This document shows positions 52,722 to 62,283 of a stretch of DNA of 64,000 bases, piece by piece; position 1 is the stretch's first letter; the number at the start of each line of letters is the position of its first letter. The position numbers were made by a program, and so were the translations under genes. The stretch is from Clostridia bacterium (GTDB taxonomy: Bacteria; Bacillota; Clostridia; Oscillospirales; CAG-272). Location: positions 28,941-92,940 of the forward strand of contig JAFTRA010000019.1 of NCBI GenBank assembly GCA_017462485.1, read 5' to 3'. Below the pieces are notes generated by a model. It was not told the origin of the DNA. It worked only from the letters and a program-made list of their open reading frames with translations, and made no database searches.

Positions 52722-53495
52722 ATGGTAGTTGATTTTAAAAACAAGGTTGTTGTTATTACGGGTGCGGCAGGCGGAATAGGCTCTGCTATGGCATACAGAT
52801 TTGCCGAGGACGGCGCACGTGTAGCGATTTGCGATCTTCGCGGTGCTGATGCGCTTGCAAAGGAGATTTCCGATAAAGGCTATTTTGCAAAGGGGTATAA
52901 TTTTGATATTACCGACAGAGAAGCGGTAAAGTGCGCTATGGCGAAGATAGCGGAAGAGCTTGGCGGAATTGATGCTATTGTGAACAATGCCGGAATAAAC
53001 GTAGGCCCTGACGAGAGAAAGCACGTTGACGAGTTCAGCGATAAATGGTGGGATGCAATCCTTAAGGTTGACCTTGACGGAACGTACAACTGTACGAAGC
53101 TTGCGATTCCGTATATGAAAGAGGGCTCGAGTATAGTTAATATCAGCTCTATCGTAGGAATGGTACCGCTTCGCAATCAGTGCGCATTCGCAGCGGCTAA
53201 AGCGGCGGTAATTAACTTTACAAAAGCTATCGCTATGGAGCTTGCTCCCAAGGGGATTCGGGCAAACGTAATTTGCCCCGGAACTATCGGTCTTGCGATT
53301 ACCAACAGGCTTTGGTCGGATAACAGCGCAATGGCAGGACTTCTTTCCCACATTCCTATGGGACGTCAGGGTATGCCTGAGGAAATAGCGAACGCAACCG
53401 CTTTCTTGGCGTCGGATGCGGCGTCGTACATAACCGGAGCGGTTGTCCCCGTTGACGGCGGATGGACCTGCGGCGGATTCGCAAGAAACTTTTGA
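52722..53495 (+). CDS. SDR-family oxidoreductase
   Basis: VITGAAGGIGSA, NNAGI and the YxxxK-type segment AAAKAAV. Confidence 0.9.
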   Translation: MVVDFKNKVVVITGAAGGIGSAMAYRFAEDGARVAICDLRGADALAKEISDKGYFAKGYNFDITDREAVKCAMAKIAEELGGIDAIVNNAGINVGPDERKHVDEFSDKWWDAILKVDLDGTYNCTKLAIPYMKEGSSIVNISSIVGMVPLRNQCAFAAAKAAVINFTKAIAMELAPKGIRANVICPGTIGLAITNRLWSDNSAMAGLLSHIPMGRQGMPEEIANATAFLASDAASYITGAVVPVDGGWTCGGFARNF

Positions 53496-53509
53496 GAGGA
53501 TATAAAAAT

Positions 53510-54274
53510 ATGGAAAACTTTGCACTTAAGGTGATGGGCGCTTCCGTAAAGGAGGGCGAGGTAGGAGTATTTTTCCTCGGTCAAGCGGGCTTTGTGTTAA
53601 AGACCTGCAGCGGTGAATTGATAGCAATAGACCCCTATCTTTCCGATTGCTGCGAAAGATATTTCGGATTCAAGAGGCTTATGCCTCACATTCTTGGAGC
53701 TGACGAGATAATATTTGACTATCTCGTTGCATCGCACGCTCATTTCGACCATTTCGATCCCGATAGCGTTCCAGTTTTGCTCGGTAACGGCAAGACGAAG
53801 TTTGTCGGAGCAAAGGATACCCGGGCGGAGTGCGAGCGTCTTGGAATCAAGGATAATCTCACGTTTGTAGCCGTCGGAGATAAGGTGGAGCTTGGAGCGG
53901 TAACCCTCACGGCAGTTCGTTGCGACCACGGAAAAGATACGCCCGATGCGATAGGACTCCTTTTCGAAGCTGCCGGCAAGAAAATATATATGATGGGTGA
54001 CACCGCATACCGTCCGGAATGGCTTGAGGATGAGAAAATAAAGGGTGTTGATTTGCTTATTTTACCCATAAACGGAGCGTTCGGAAATCTTAATTCCACC
54101 GAGGCGGCAAGGGTGGTAAAGGCTCTTTCTCCAAAGCTTGCCGTTCCGTGCCATTATTGGAACTTTGCGGAGCATTTCGGAAGCCCTTACGAGTTTATGA
54201 CCGAGATGAAAAACAATTGTCCCGAGATTCCGTACCTGCTTATGCGTCAGGGGGAGATGATAATGCTCAAATGA
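53510..54274 (+). CDS. MBL-fold hydrolase (UlaG-like lactonase family)
   Basis: VFFLGQAGFVLK...SHAHFDHFD. ATG 53510 follows GAGAGGA. Confidence 0.8.
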   Translation: MENFALKVMGASVKEGEVGVFFLGQAGFVLKTCSGELIAIDPYLSDCCERYFGFKRLMPHILGADEIIFDYLVASHAHFDHFDPDSVPVLLGNGKTKFVGAKDTRAECERLGIKDNLTFVAVGDKVELGAVTLTAVRCDHGKDTPDAIGLLFEAAGKKIYMMGDTAYRPEWLEDEKIKGVDLLILPINGAFGNLNSTEAARVVKALSPKLAVPCHYWNFAEHFGSPYEFMTEMKNNCPEIPYLLMRQGEMIMLK

Positions 54275-55167
54275 TAAGCTTCGGTAAGTACAAGGACAGG
54301 GATGCTCTTGTTGTGGAAAGCGACTCCTTACGCGCGACGTTTTTGCACCGCGACGGAGCCAAAATGACATCTCTTGTTGACAAATTGAGCAAAAAAGAGC
54401 TGCTTCTCACGAAAGACGGAGAAAAATATAAGGAGCTTTCATATAACGGAAGCTACGTTGATTCCGAGTGCAGCGCCTTTGACGATATGTTCCCGACGAT
54501 TGACCCGTACACTCCGACGAGCGGAGCTTATAAGGGGATTGCTTACCCCGACCACGGAGAGACGTGCAGGCTTGATTTTGACGTCAGAGAGGTTGGCGGG
54601 AAGGCGGTGCTTTCAGCCGAATCAAAGCTGTTTGACGTGCTCTATGAAAAAACCGTATATCCCACGGGTGACGGTGGAATACGTATTGATTATTCGATTC
54701 ATAACAAAAAAGACGAGCCGTTCGACTTTATCTGGGCGGGACACGTTATGCTAAAGGGCGAGGATGGTATGCGACTGATTACGCCGTTTTCTGAGGATGC
54801 TCCTATCGAGACTGTGTTCGCAACGGAAGGGTACAGCCTGTCAGAGCTTCCTCGAGATACTCTTTTGGGCTTTAAGGCGGGACGTGGAGCCGCTTATAAG
54901 TTTTATTACCTTGATAAAATGAGAGAGGGGCGCTTCAGTGTTAAATACTCCGACGGAAGAGAGCTCGCTTTCAGCTTCGATGAGAAAAAGCTCCCATATC
55001 TCGGTGTATGGATTAATAACGGAGAATTTCAGAATATCTATAATATTGCTCCCGAGCCCTGCACGGCACCGTTTGATGCGCCCGATAAGGCTCTTTTGAA
55101 GGGTTATTCTTCAAAAATAGGGGCAAATGAAAAATTTGAGTTCAGTATAAAAATCAGTGTTAAATAA
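54271..55167 (+). CDS. aldose-1-epimerase/mutarotase-like protein
   Basis: ATG 54271 overlaps the preceding TGA (ATGA). Beta-rich sequence with a DHGE segment; assignment is tentative. Confidence 0.5.
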   Translation: MISFGKYKDRDALVVESDSLRATFLHRDGAKMTSLVDKLSKKELLLTKDGEKYKELSYNGSYVDSECSAFDDMFPTIDPYTPTSGAYKGIAYPDHGETCRLDFDVREVGGKAVLSAESKLFDVLYEKTVYPTGDGGIRIDYSIHNKKDEPFDFIWAGHVMLKGEDGMRLITPFSEDAPIETVFATEGYSLSELPRDTLLGFKAGRGAAYKFYYLDKMREGRFSVKYSDGRELAFSFDEKKLPYLGVWINNGEFQNIYNIAPEPCTAPFDAPDKALLKGYSSKIGANEKFEFSIKISVK

Positions 55168-55180
55168 TAAGGAGAATTAT

Positions 55181-56242
55181 ATGAAGATGGAAACTATGAA
55201 GGCGATTACCGTTTACGGTCCGCATGACGCCCGTATGGAGAACGTTCCAAAGCCTCTTGCAACGGGTGATATGGTAGTCGCAAAAGTTTGCCGCACGGGC
55301 GTGTGCGCTACCGACCGGTCTATCTACACGGGCGAGAGCAGCTTTATCCGTTCGGGAGAAATAAAATATCCCTGTCGTTTTGGTCACGAATGGGCGGGAA
55401 TCGTTGAGTCGGTAGGCCCCGACGTTAAGGATTTTAAGCCGGGGGATAGGGTTTACAGCGACAATTTTGTAGCCTGCGGAGAGTGCGAGGCGTGTAAAAG
55501 GAAAGACTATATGAGCTGTAATTCAACAAGGTCTGTTGGTACGGTAAATACTTGGGACGGCTGCTATGCGGAGTATATGCAGATTCCCGAAAGGCACGTT
55601 TATCATCTGCCGGAGGAGCTTTCTATGGACGAAGGCGCTCTTATTGAGCCTGCCAGCATAGCATACGATGCTTTCAGAGGTGTTCAGCTTACGGAAAATG
55701 ACACGGCCGTGGTTTACGGAACAGGCGCTATCGGTATGGTTGCGGTATGGCTTGCAAAATATTACGGAGCGGGACGTGTAATTCTCGTTGGAAGAAGCGA
55801 CGATAAACTCAAGGTTGGACTTGAGATAGGCGCTGATTATGTTATTAATGGCAAAAAAGAGGACGCCGTTGCCAGAATAAAGGAGCTTTCGCTCGGTAAA
55901 AAAGGCGCAAATCTCATCGTTGAGACGTCAGGCTCTGCCTCGGCGCTTAAGGACAGTATAGCCTGTGCGGCAAGGTATGCACGCATATCCGTCGTGAGCT
56001 TCTACGAAAGAAACATAGACGACCTTCCGATAGACCCTCTTGTTCTCGGCTGCTTCTCTATGGTAGGCGCTGCGGGACGTGACGGAAATTCCCCCGAGGT
56101 TTGCGAGATTATGAGAAAAAATCCCGTTAAGCTCACACCCGTGTTCACTCATCACGTGCCCTTTGAAAATGCGCTTGACGTTTTTGAGCACGAGGAAAAG
56201 TATCACAACTCGAAGATTAAAGCTATAATAGACTTTGATTAA
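55181..56242 (+). CDS. zinc-dependent medium-chain dehydrogenase
   Basis: CRTGVCATDRS, GHEWAG, CGECEACKRKDYMSC and GTGAIGM. ATG 55181 follows AAGGAGA. Confidence 0.88.
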   Translation: MKMETMKAITVYGPHDARMENVPKPLATGDMVVAKVCRTGVCATDRSIYTGESSFIRSGEIKYPCRFGHEWAGIVESVGPDVKDFKPGDRVYSDNFVACGECEACKRKDYMSCNSTRSVGTVNTWDGCYAEYMQIPERHVYHLPEELSMDEGALIEPASIAYDAFRGVQLTENDTAVVYGTGAIGMVAVWLAKYYGAGRVILVGRSDDKLKVGLEIGADYVINGKKEDAVARIKELSLGKKGANLIVETSGSASALKDSIACAARYARISVVSFYERNIDDLPIDPLVLGCFSMVGAAGRDGNSPEVCEIMRKNPVKLTPVFTHHVPFENALDVFEHEEKYHNSKIKAIIDFD

Positions 56243-56289
56243 AATATTAAAATTTAAAAAGACTGAATACTAAGAAAGGGAAAAACAAA

Positions 56290-56715
56290 ATGGAAAACAA
56301 GAAATTGCCGCCTCTTCAGGTGGACGTAAAGAACGTAAAACCTTTGATTTTCGGTAAGGAATACGAGTCAAGAATGATACTCGACCACGTTATAACGGGA
56401 AGAGACAACGTAATTCAGATAAATCACGGAACTGTTAAAGCAGGCTATGCTCTCGGAGGAGCAACCCACGAGGAAGATGAGATATATTATATTCTCTCCG
56501 GCAAGGGCAAGCTTCAGCTTGACGAGAAAATAATTGATATTGCTGAGGGTCAGGTTATATTCATTCCCGCCGGCTGCTTCCACGCTCTTGATAACAGAGA
56601 GTCAAGCGAGGATATGTGTCTTCTCACCTTCTGGAGAGATTACAGATTCAACGATGCATACGAAACACGTATGAATCTTTGGGGAAAATCGTTCAAAACG
56701 ATAGATGAAGATTAA
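56290..56715 (+). CDS. cupin domain protein
   Basis: HEEDEIYYILSGKG...IFIPAGCFHAL is a cupin two-motif pattern. Confidence 0.75.
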   Translation: MENKKLPPLQVDVKNVKPLIFGKEYESRMILDHVITGRDNVIQINHGTVKAGYALGGATHEEDEIYYILSGKGKLQLDEKIIDIAEGQVIFIPAGCFHALDNRESSEDMCLLTFWRDYRFNDAYETRMNLWGKSFKTIDED

Positions 56716-56752
56716 AAAGTAAACTTTAATTGACATTTGAAAGGGAAACGAT

Positions 56753-57409
56753 ATGAAAAACCTTAATAAGTACATAGACCACACAAACCTTAAGCCCTTT
56801 GCAACGAGGGCTGATATTGAAGCGCTTTGCAGCACTGCGCGCGAGTGGGATTTTGCCTCCGTTTGCGTTAACCCCTGCGATATTGCTCTCGCAAAGGAGC
56901 TTCTTTCGGGAAGCGACGTTAAGACCTGCACTGTTATAGGCTTCCCTCTTGGAAGAAACACGACTGCTGTGAAGGTTGCCGAGACGGAGGAGGCATATGC
57001 TCTTGGCTGCGATGAGTTCGATATGGTTATTAACGTAGGTAAGCTTAAAGACGGAAACTCCGACTACGTGAGAGACGAGATAGCTGCGGTAGTTAACGCG
57101 GCAAAGGGTAAGACTGTCAAGGTTATTATAGAAACGGGACTTCTTACCGACGAGGAAAAGGCACTCGCAACCCGTCTTTCCTGCGAGGCGGGAGCTCACT
57201 TTGTAAAGACCTGCTCGGGCGTTTCGGCGGGAGTTGCAACTGTAGAAGACGTAAAGCTTATGAAAGCGAACGTAAGCGGTGACGTTAAGATAAAGGCATC
57301 ATCCGGAATTAAAACGTACGAGGGCGCAAAGGCTCTTATTGATGCCGGCGCTGAACGTCTTGGAACATCCTCGGGCGTTGCTATTATAAGCGGCGCGCCC
57401 AAAAACTGA
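56753..57409 (+). CDS. deoC: deoxyribose-phosphate aldolase family
   Basis: IDHTNLKP..., VCVNP, KVIIETG and FVKTCSG (Schiff-base Lys region). Confidence 0.9.
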   Translation: MKNLNKYIDHTNLKPFATRADIEALCSTAREWDFASVCVNPCDIALAKELLSGSDVKTCTVIGFPLGRNTTAVKVAETEEAYALGCDEFDMVINVGKLKDGNSDYVRDEIAAVVNAAKGKTVKVIIETGLLTDEEKALATRLSCEAGAHFVKTCSGVSAGVATVEDVKLMKANVSGDVKIKASSGIKTYEGAKALIDAGAERLGTSSGVAIISGAPKN

Positions 57410-57448
57410 TTTTCAAAAATCCATTTCTAAAAGGAGAGGAAAAACGCT

Positions 57449-58384
57449 ATGGCAAAAATAGTAGGTCCCGGCTCACTTATAGTTGACGTTACCGGCTTTG
57501 CGCCGCATCTTCCCGTTGCGGGAGAAACAACGAAGGGCTCGACTCTTCGCTTTGGCCCGGGAGGAAAGGGAAGTAATCAGCTTACCGCCGCTCACAGAGC
57601 CGGCTCAGAGGTAAAGATTATAGGACGTCGCGGTGACGACGTTCTCGGAGCAATACTCAAAAAGCATTATGAAACCGAGGGAATGAGCGAAGAACACGTT
57701 GAAGTTGACCCCAAGGGAGAGACCGGAAGCGCTCTTATAGAGATTGATGAAAGCGACGCTCAAAACCGAATTATAGTAATTTTTGCCGCAAACGAGCAGG
57801 TCAGCGCAGAAAACGTGTATGCGGCAGAAAAGGATTTTGCCGACTGCGATGCAGTTCTTACGCAGTTTGAAACGACGGCAGAGGCAGTTATAGCAACTAA
57901 GGAGCTTGCTAAAAAATATTCCAAGCCCTTTATACTGAATCCTGCTCCCTACATAGACGTTCCTCAGGAGCTTTTCGACGGTGTTGATTACGTTACCCCG
58001 AACGAGACCGAAGCCGAGCAGCTTACCGGTGTTAAGGTAGAGGATATAGACGGCTGCAGAAGGGCTGCTGAGAAGCTTTTAGAGATGGGAGTTAAAAACG
58101 TAATTATCACCCTCGGTGTCAGAGGTGCTTTCTACACAGATGGAAAGAGAGAAATAACCGTTCCAGCCATTAAGGTTAAGGCGGTTGAGACAACCGGTGC
58201 GGGAGATGCGTTTAACGGCGGACTCGCCACGGCTATTGCCGAGGGACTTCCTATTGAAACCGCACTCAAGTTTGCTACCTGCACGTCGGCAATTTCCGTA
58301 ACGCGTCTTGGCTCGTCTCCCTCGATGCCTTACCGACATGAAATACTTGCTCTTCTTGAAAAAGAATTCGGCATCACTCTTTAA
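57449..58384 (+). CDS. rbsK: ribokinase / PfkB-family sugar kinase
   Basis: GPGGKGSNQ and TTGAGDAFNGG PfkB signatures. The substrate is not determinable from sequence. Confidence 0.8.
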   Translation: MAKIVGPGSLIVDVTGFAPHLPVAGETTKGSTLRFGPGGKGSNQLTAAHRAGSEVKIIGRRGDDVLGAILKKHYETEGMSEEHVEVDPKGETGSALIEIDESDAQNRIIVIFAANEQVSAENVYAAEKDFADCDAVLTQFETTAEAVIATKELAKKYSKPFILNPAPYIDVPQELFDGVDYVTPNETEAEQLTGVKVEDIDGCRRAAEKLLEMGVKNVIITLGVRGAFYTDGKREITVPAIKVKAVETTGAGDAFNGGLATAIAEGLPIETALKFATCTSAISVTRLGSSPSMPYRHEILALLEKEFGITL

Positions 58385-58396
58385 GGAGGCTAAGTC

Positions 58397-59386
58397 TTGG
58401 ACTTTTTAGATAGCTTTTTGGCGGTTTCTCAAAAGGTTGGCTTGCTTTTCATCATAATAGCGCTGGGCTTTATTTGCCAGAAAACAAAGCTTCTCACCGA
58501 AGAGGCAAACAAGTGTATGGCGGATATCGTTATGTATTTCGTAACCCCGTGCGTTATAATAAATGCTTTCAGCTCAACCATGTACACAAAAGAGGAGCTG
58601 CTTGGAATTTTAAAAAACATAGGGATAGTTGCGCTCGTTTCGATTGCTTTGCACGTCGTTATGATACTCTCGGTTTATCTTTTGTTCAGATTCCGTGATG
58701 AAGACAGGCGCAGGGTAACTCGGTTTGCGGCGGTGTTTTCCAATGCGGGCTTTATAGCTCTCCCTCTTGCCGAGGCTCTTATAGATACTCCCGAGTGTCA
58801 CGAGGGCGCTCTTTATGCGGCGGTCTTCCTTGCCATATTCAATATTGCGCTCTGGACCTGGGGCCTTGTCGATATGAGCGGCGAAAAAAAGGCGATGAAT
58901 TGGAAGAAGATTATTTTCAATCCCGGCATTATAGGGGTTGTCGTCGGACTCTTTATCTTCACGTCTCCTCTGTATATGACCTTTGGGGAGACGGCGGGAA
59001 TCAGACTCCCCGGGCTTGTCAGAGACGCTCTTTCCGCTCTTTCCGCGCTTAATTTGCCTTTGCCTATGCTTATGGTGGGATATTATCTCGGCAAGGCTGA
59101 TTTGGTTGCGGCGTTTTGCGACGTCTGGTCGTATTTCTGCATGGCGATGAGGCTCGTGGTGTACCCTCTTGCGCTTCTCGGTGTTTTATACCTGTGCGGA
59201 GTAAGAGGAAACGTTCTTACGGTGCTTGTTATCGGAGCAAGCGCTCCCGTAGGCGCAACAACTACCATTTTTTCCGCAAAGTTCAACAGAGATACCGAGC
59301 TTTCGGTTCGTCTTGTATCCTTGTCAACGATACTTTCAATGATAACCATGCCGCTTATAGTAGGACTTACGCAAATGATTGCGTGA
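58397..59386 (+). CDS. AEC (auxin efflux carrier) family transporter
   Basis: 329-aa polytopic protein with an AEC-like repeat layout. TTG start 7 nt after AAGGAGG. Confidence 0.8.
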   Translation: MDFLDSFLAVSQKVGLLFIIIALGFICQKTKLLTEEANKCMADIVMYFVTPCVIINAFSSTMYTKEELLGILKNIGIVALVSIALHVVMILSVYLLFRFRDEDRRRVTRFAAVFSNAGFIALPLAEALIDTPECHEGALYAAVFLAIFNIALWTWGLVDMSGEKKAMNWKKIIFNPGIIGVVVGLFIFTSPLYMTFGETAGIRLPGLVRDALSALSALNLPLPMLMVGYYLGKADLVAAFCDVWSYFCMAMRLVVYPLALLGVLYLCGVRGNVLTVLVIGASAPVGATTTIFSAKFNRDTELSVRLVSLSTILSMITMPLIVGLTQMIA

Positions 59387-59510
59387 CGGCATACTTGCAG
59401 CGCGTGATTTTTTAGCGAAGCATATATCCGTGTTATATTTTTCTATAAAAATGCGCACGTTGTCTATTCACTTGCTGCTGAAATAAAAGCAATTTTATAC
59501 CGAAAATATA

Positions 59511-59539
59511 TTGACAGTTTTACGTTCGTGTGATAATAT
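59511..59539 (+). promoter_or_regulatory. sigmaA-type promoter (extended -10)
   Basis: TTGACA, 17 nt ending in TGA, TAATAT. Lies upstream of the GDPD gene. Confidence 0.6.
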
Positions 59540-59574
59540 GAGTTTGTGATTTATTTTATTAACGAGGTGAACGT

Positions 59575-60312
59575 ATGAAAAACATTATTGTTGAAGGTCA
59601 CAGAGGATATTGCGCAAAATATCCCGAAAACACGCTTATATCCTTTGAGGCAGCTTTGGAGCTTGGCGTTGATGCTATCGAGTTTGACGTTTGGCTTACG
59701 TCCGACAAGGTTCCCGTGCTTATGCACGACGAAAAAGCGCAGCGCACCTGCAAGGTAAATAAAGCTCTCAGAGATATGACTCTTGCCGAAGTAAAAGAGA
59801 CGCTCGAGCCCTGCTATGAGGATAAGTTCGGAGATAAGTACAAGGGTATGGGGCTTACAATTCCTACCCTCGAGGAGCTTCTTACTCTCTGCAAGGAGAA
59901 GCGCCCCGATATAAAGCTTGGCGTTGAGATAAAGGAATATACCGAGGAAAACGTTGACCTTACCGTTGCTCTTCTTAAAAAATACGGCTTCTTTGATACC
60001 TGCTATTTCTACGCGTTCAACGGAAGAATTATAAAGTACATTAAGGAAAAGTATAACGGAAGAACTATGGGATATCCCGATTTTCAGATGAAGGAATTCA
60101 CCCCCGACGTCTATAACTACTACGTAGATATAGGTCTTGCGATGAATATAGTGAAATCTGAGGTGTTCCCTATATTTAAGGCTAAGAATCTGCCGATACA
60201 TATGTACTGCGCGGATAACGAGGCAGACGTTCGCCTCTGCATTGAAAAGGGAGCGGATCTTATAACTGCAAACGATCCCGTTCCACTTATGAAGGTTCTT
60301 GGAAAAATTTGA
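59575..60312 (+). CDS. glycerophosphodiester phosphodiesterase family protein
   Basis: VEGHRGY...PENT...GVDAIEFDVWLTSD..VLMHD are GDPD motifs. Confidence 0.88.
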   Translation: MKNIIVEGHRGYCAKYPENTLISFEAALELGVDAIEFDVWLTSDKVPVLMHDEKAQRTCKVNKALRDMTLAEVKETLEPCYEDKFGDKYKGMGLTIPTLEELLTLCKEKRPDIKLGVEIKEYTEENVDLTVALLKKYGFFDTCYFYAFNGRIIKYIKEKYNGRTMGYPDFQMKEFTPDVYNYYVDIGLAMNIVKSEVFPIFKAKNLPIHMYCADNEADVRLCIEKGADLITANDPVPLMKVLGKI

Positions 60313-60424
60313 TTTAACCTTAGACGGAGAGAAAAATACGGTTACAAGGGGCTGTACTCTCAAGGACAGTTTTGAGAGAATTCGTTGCACATATACAAGA
60401 AAAGGACGAAGAGTTGTAATAAAG

Positions 60425-61096
60425 TGAACCCCAAAGTTTAGACAAAAATAAATATTAAGTTGTTTGTGAATGAGCTCGGTATTGCACTGGGCTCATTCCT
60501 TTTAGTTTTAGAGAAATTCTCTCATTGTTGTAGTAATGTATGTATTCTTCTAACTTTTCAATGAATCCCCTAGGGGATTCGAAATTTTCGCCGTAATACA
60601 TTTCAACTTTAAGCCTTCCAAAGAAGTTTTCAATTATGCCGTTATCCATGCAGTTTCCTTTTCGGGACATACTTTGCGTAATGTTATGCTCGGCAAGAAG
60701 CCTTTGGTATTCGGTGTGTTGGTACTGCCAACCTTGATCAGAATGGAACAGAGGTCGTGCATCGGCAGGAAGCTTTTCAAACAATCTATTCAGCATATCT
60801 CTAACTTGCTGCAAGTTAGGACTTGTAGAAATAGAGTAGGATATAATTTTGCGGTTGTACATATCAAGCACCGGAGAAAGATACACTTTTTCGTCGCCGA
60901 TCTTAAATTCCGTAACATCGGTTGTTAGTTTCTCATAAGGCTTGTCTGCGTGAAAATCTCTTTTTAGCAGATTATCTGCTACCTTTCCTACTTCGCCTTT
61001 GTAAGAATGGTATTTCCCGTTTTTACTCCGTTTTCCACGTAGATGAAGGGATTTCATCAGTTTTAATACGGTTTTATGGTTAATTGGATAGCTGTA
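60425..61096 (-). mobile_element. IS3-family transposase remnant (C-terminal rve/DDE part only, with candidate right end)
   Basis: The 200-aa ORF has HSDQGWQY and NCMDNGIIENFFGRLK...Y integrase-core motifs. The frame continues upstream (YPINHKTVLKLM) to a stop at 61097-61099. orfA and the N-terminus of orfB are absent. TGAACCCC... at 60425 fits an IS3-type TG...CA terminus. Confidence 0.8.
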
Positions 61097-61281
61097 TTAA
61101 GGGAAGAAATTAAAATTCTTTTCAGTTCCGTACATTTATCGAGTAAGGTTTTGTCGTGGTAATATCCGCTTTCCAAAACAAGCTCAATCCAATATTCTGT
61201 TTCGGAACACTCTTTCAAAGCGATTTGTAGCTTGGCAATAAAGCCAGCCTTGCCGTGAGCGTAAAAACCTTCTCGGACGGA
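61066..61281 (-). pseudogene. four-helix-bundle (23S rRNA IVS-type) protein gene fragment
   Basis: My translation: REGFYAHGKAGFIAKLQIALKECSETEYWIELVLESGYYHDKTLLDKCTELKRILISSLNTA. This is the C-terminal half pattern (KE..ET.YW..L) of that family. It has an upstream in-frame stop and no start. Confidence 0.55.
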
Positions 61282-61342
61282 TTAGTGAAAAGTGAAGAGT
61301 GAAAAAGTAAAACCTTCCCGAACTTCGTCCGAGAAGGTTTTT
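61263..61342. repeat. 17-bp perfect inverted repeat separated by 46 bp (includes the likely terminator of the AraC gene)
   Basis: AAAAACCTTCTCGGACG (61263-61279) and CGTCCGAGAAGGTTTTT (61326-61342). An inner alternative hairpin AAAACCTTC / GAAGGTTTT spans 61309-61341. Confidence 0.8.
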
Positions 61343-61374
61343 GGCTCGTCCTGACAAAAAAGATGCCATATAAT

Positions 61375-62142
61375 TTATCTGTAAAAAGGGAAAGTGTGAA
61401 TATGTTTGCGCCATTTTTTGGGACTGATTCCTAGTTTTTGAATAAACCGTTTATAAAAATAAGCATAATCCGCATAACCGCACTCGGTAGCAATTTCTCC
61501 AATAGGTTTCGAGGTAGTTTCAAGAAGATACATAGCGCGTCTGAGTTTTACCTCATTTATGTACTGAACGGGAGAAATGCCGAACTCTTTATTGAAAATC
61601 CGTATAATATAATTTTTGCTATAATGAAAAGCCTTACATATATCCTCAAGAGACACTATTTTTTCAATATTTTCTTCTATATACTTAGACATCTTCTCTG
61701 CCATTGGATTTTTCTCCGGATTCTTTCTTAAGGATAACAATAGCTTCAAAAACAGGTATTGCAGCTCGTTGTAGGATGTGTTTTGATGCGAGGCTGTGTC
61801 GATCCTTTTCATAAGTTCAAAAAGCCATTGAACATCGAACCATCCGCTGTAAGCAAGTGCATCTTTGGAATCTGTCCATTCTGCATCAAAATGCACAAAA
61901 AGATATTTTGGTTCATCACTTACAACAAGCCCTTTCTGATCACAATTCTTTCTTTGAATGTAATATTGTCCTGCGCACACCTCATGCTCCACACCATCCT
62001 CGGAAAATCGCAATATCCCGTCATAAACCAAAAGCAATACATTATCTAGACAAAAACGAGTAATGTGATACTCATTCTCTCGAAAAGATCTGAATGATGC
62101 ATGCTTGTATAGTATAGGCTTGTTTAAATCAATTCCTATCAT
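61375..62142 (-). CDS. AraC-family transcriptional regulator
   Basis: Cupin-like N-terminus plus C-terminal HTH (ADYAYFYKRFIQKLGISPKKW). Start set at ATG 62142, after AGGAGTGAGGAT. Confidence 0.85.
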   Translation of the reverse strand: MIGIDLNKPILYKHASFRSFRENEYHITRFCLDNVLLLVYDGILRFSEDGVEHEVCAGQYYIQRKNCDQKGLVVSDEPKYLFVHFDAEWTDSKDALAYSGWFDVQWLFELMKRIDTASHQNTSYNELQYLFLKLLLSLRKNPEKNPMAEKMSKYIEENIEKIVSLEDICKAFHYSKNYIIRIFNKEFGISPVQYINEVKLRRAMYLLETTSKPIGEIATECGYADYAYFYKRFIQKLGISPKKWRKHIHTFPFYR

Positions 62143-62283
62143 ATCCTCACTCCTGTGTGTTATTAGTGTTTTCATTATACCATATTTGTCTGATATTGTC
62201 AATAAATTAGGGCTTTTTAACTATTTGTTGCGCTTTTTATGTGTGATATAATAAATAAAAAAACAAAAGGAGATGCATTGAAT

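Noticed and set aside
61184-61414. 76-aa ORF spanning the AraC terminator and the four-helix-bundle remnant.
   Set aside because: It is in a different frame from the recognisable four-helix-bundle fragment, crosses a 17-bp inverted repeat and has no RBS. It is an artefact of the decayed junction.
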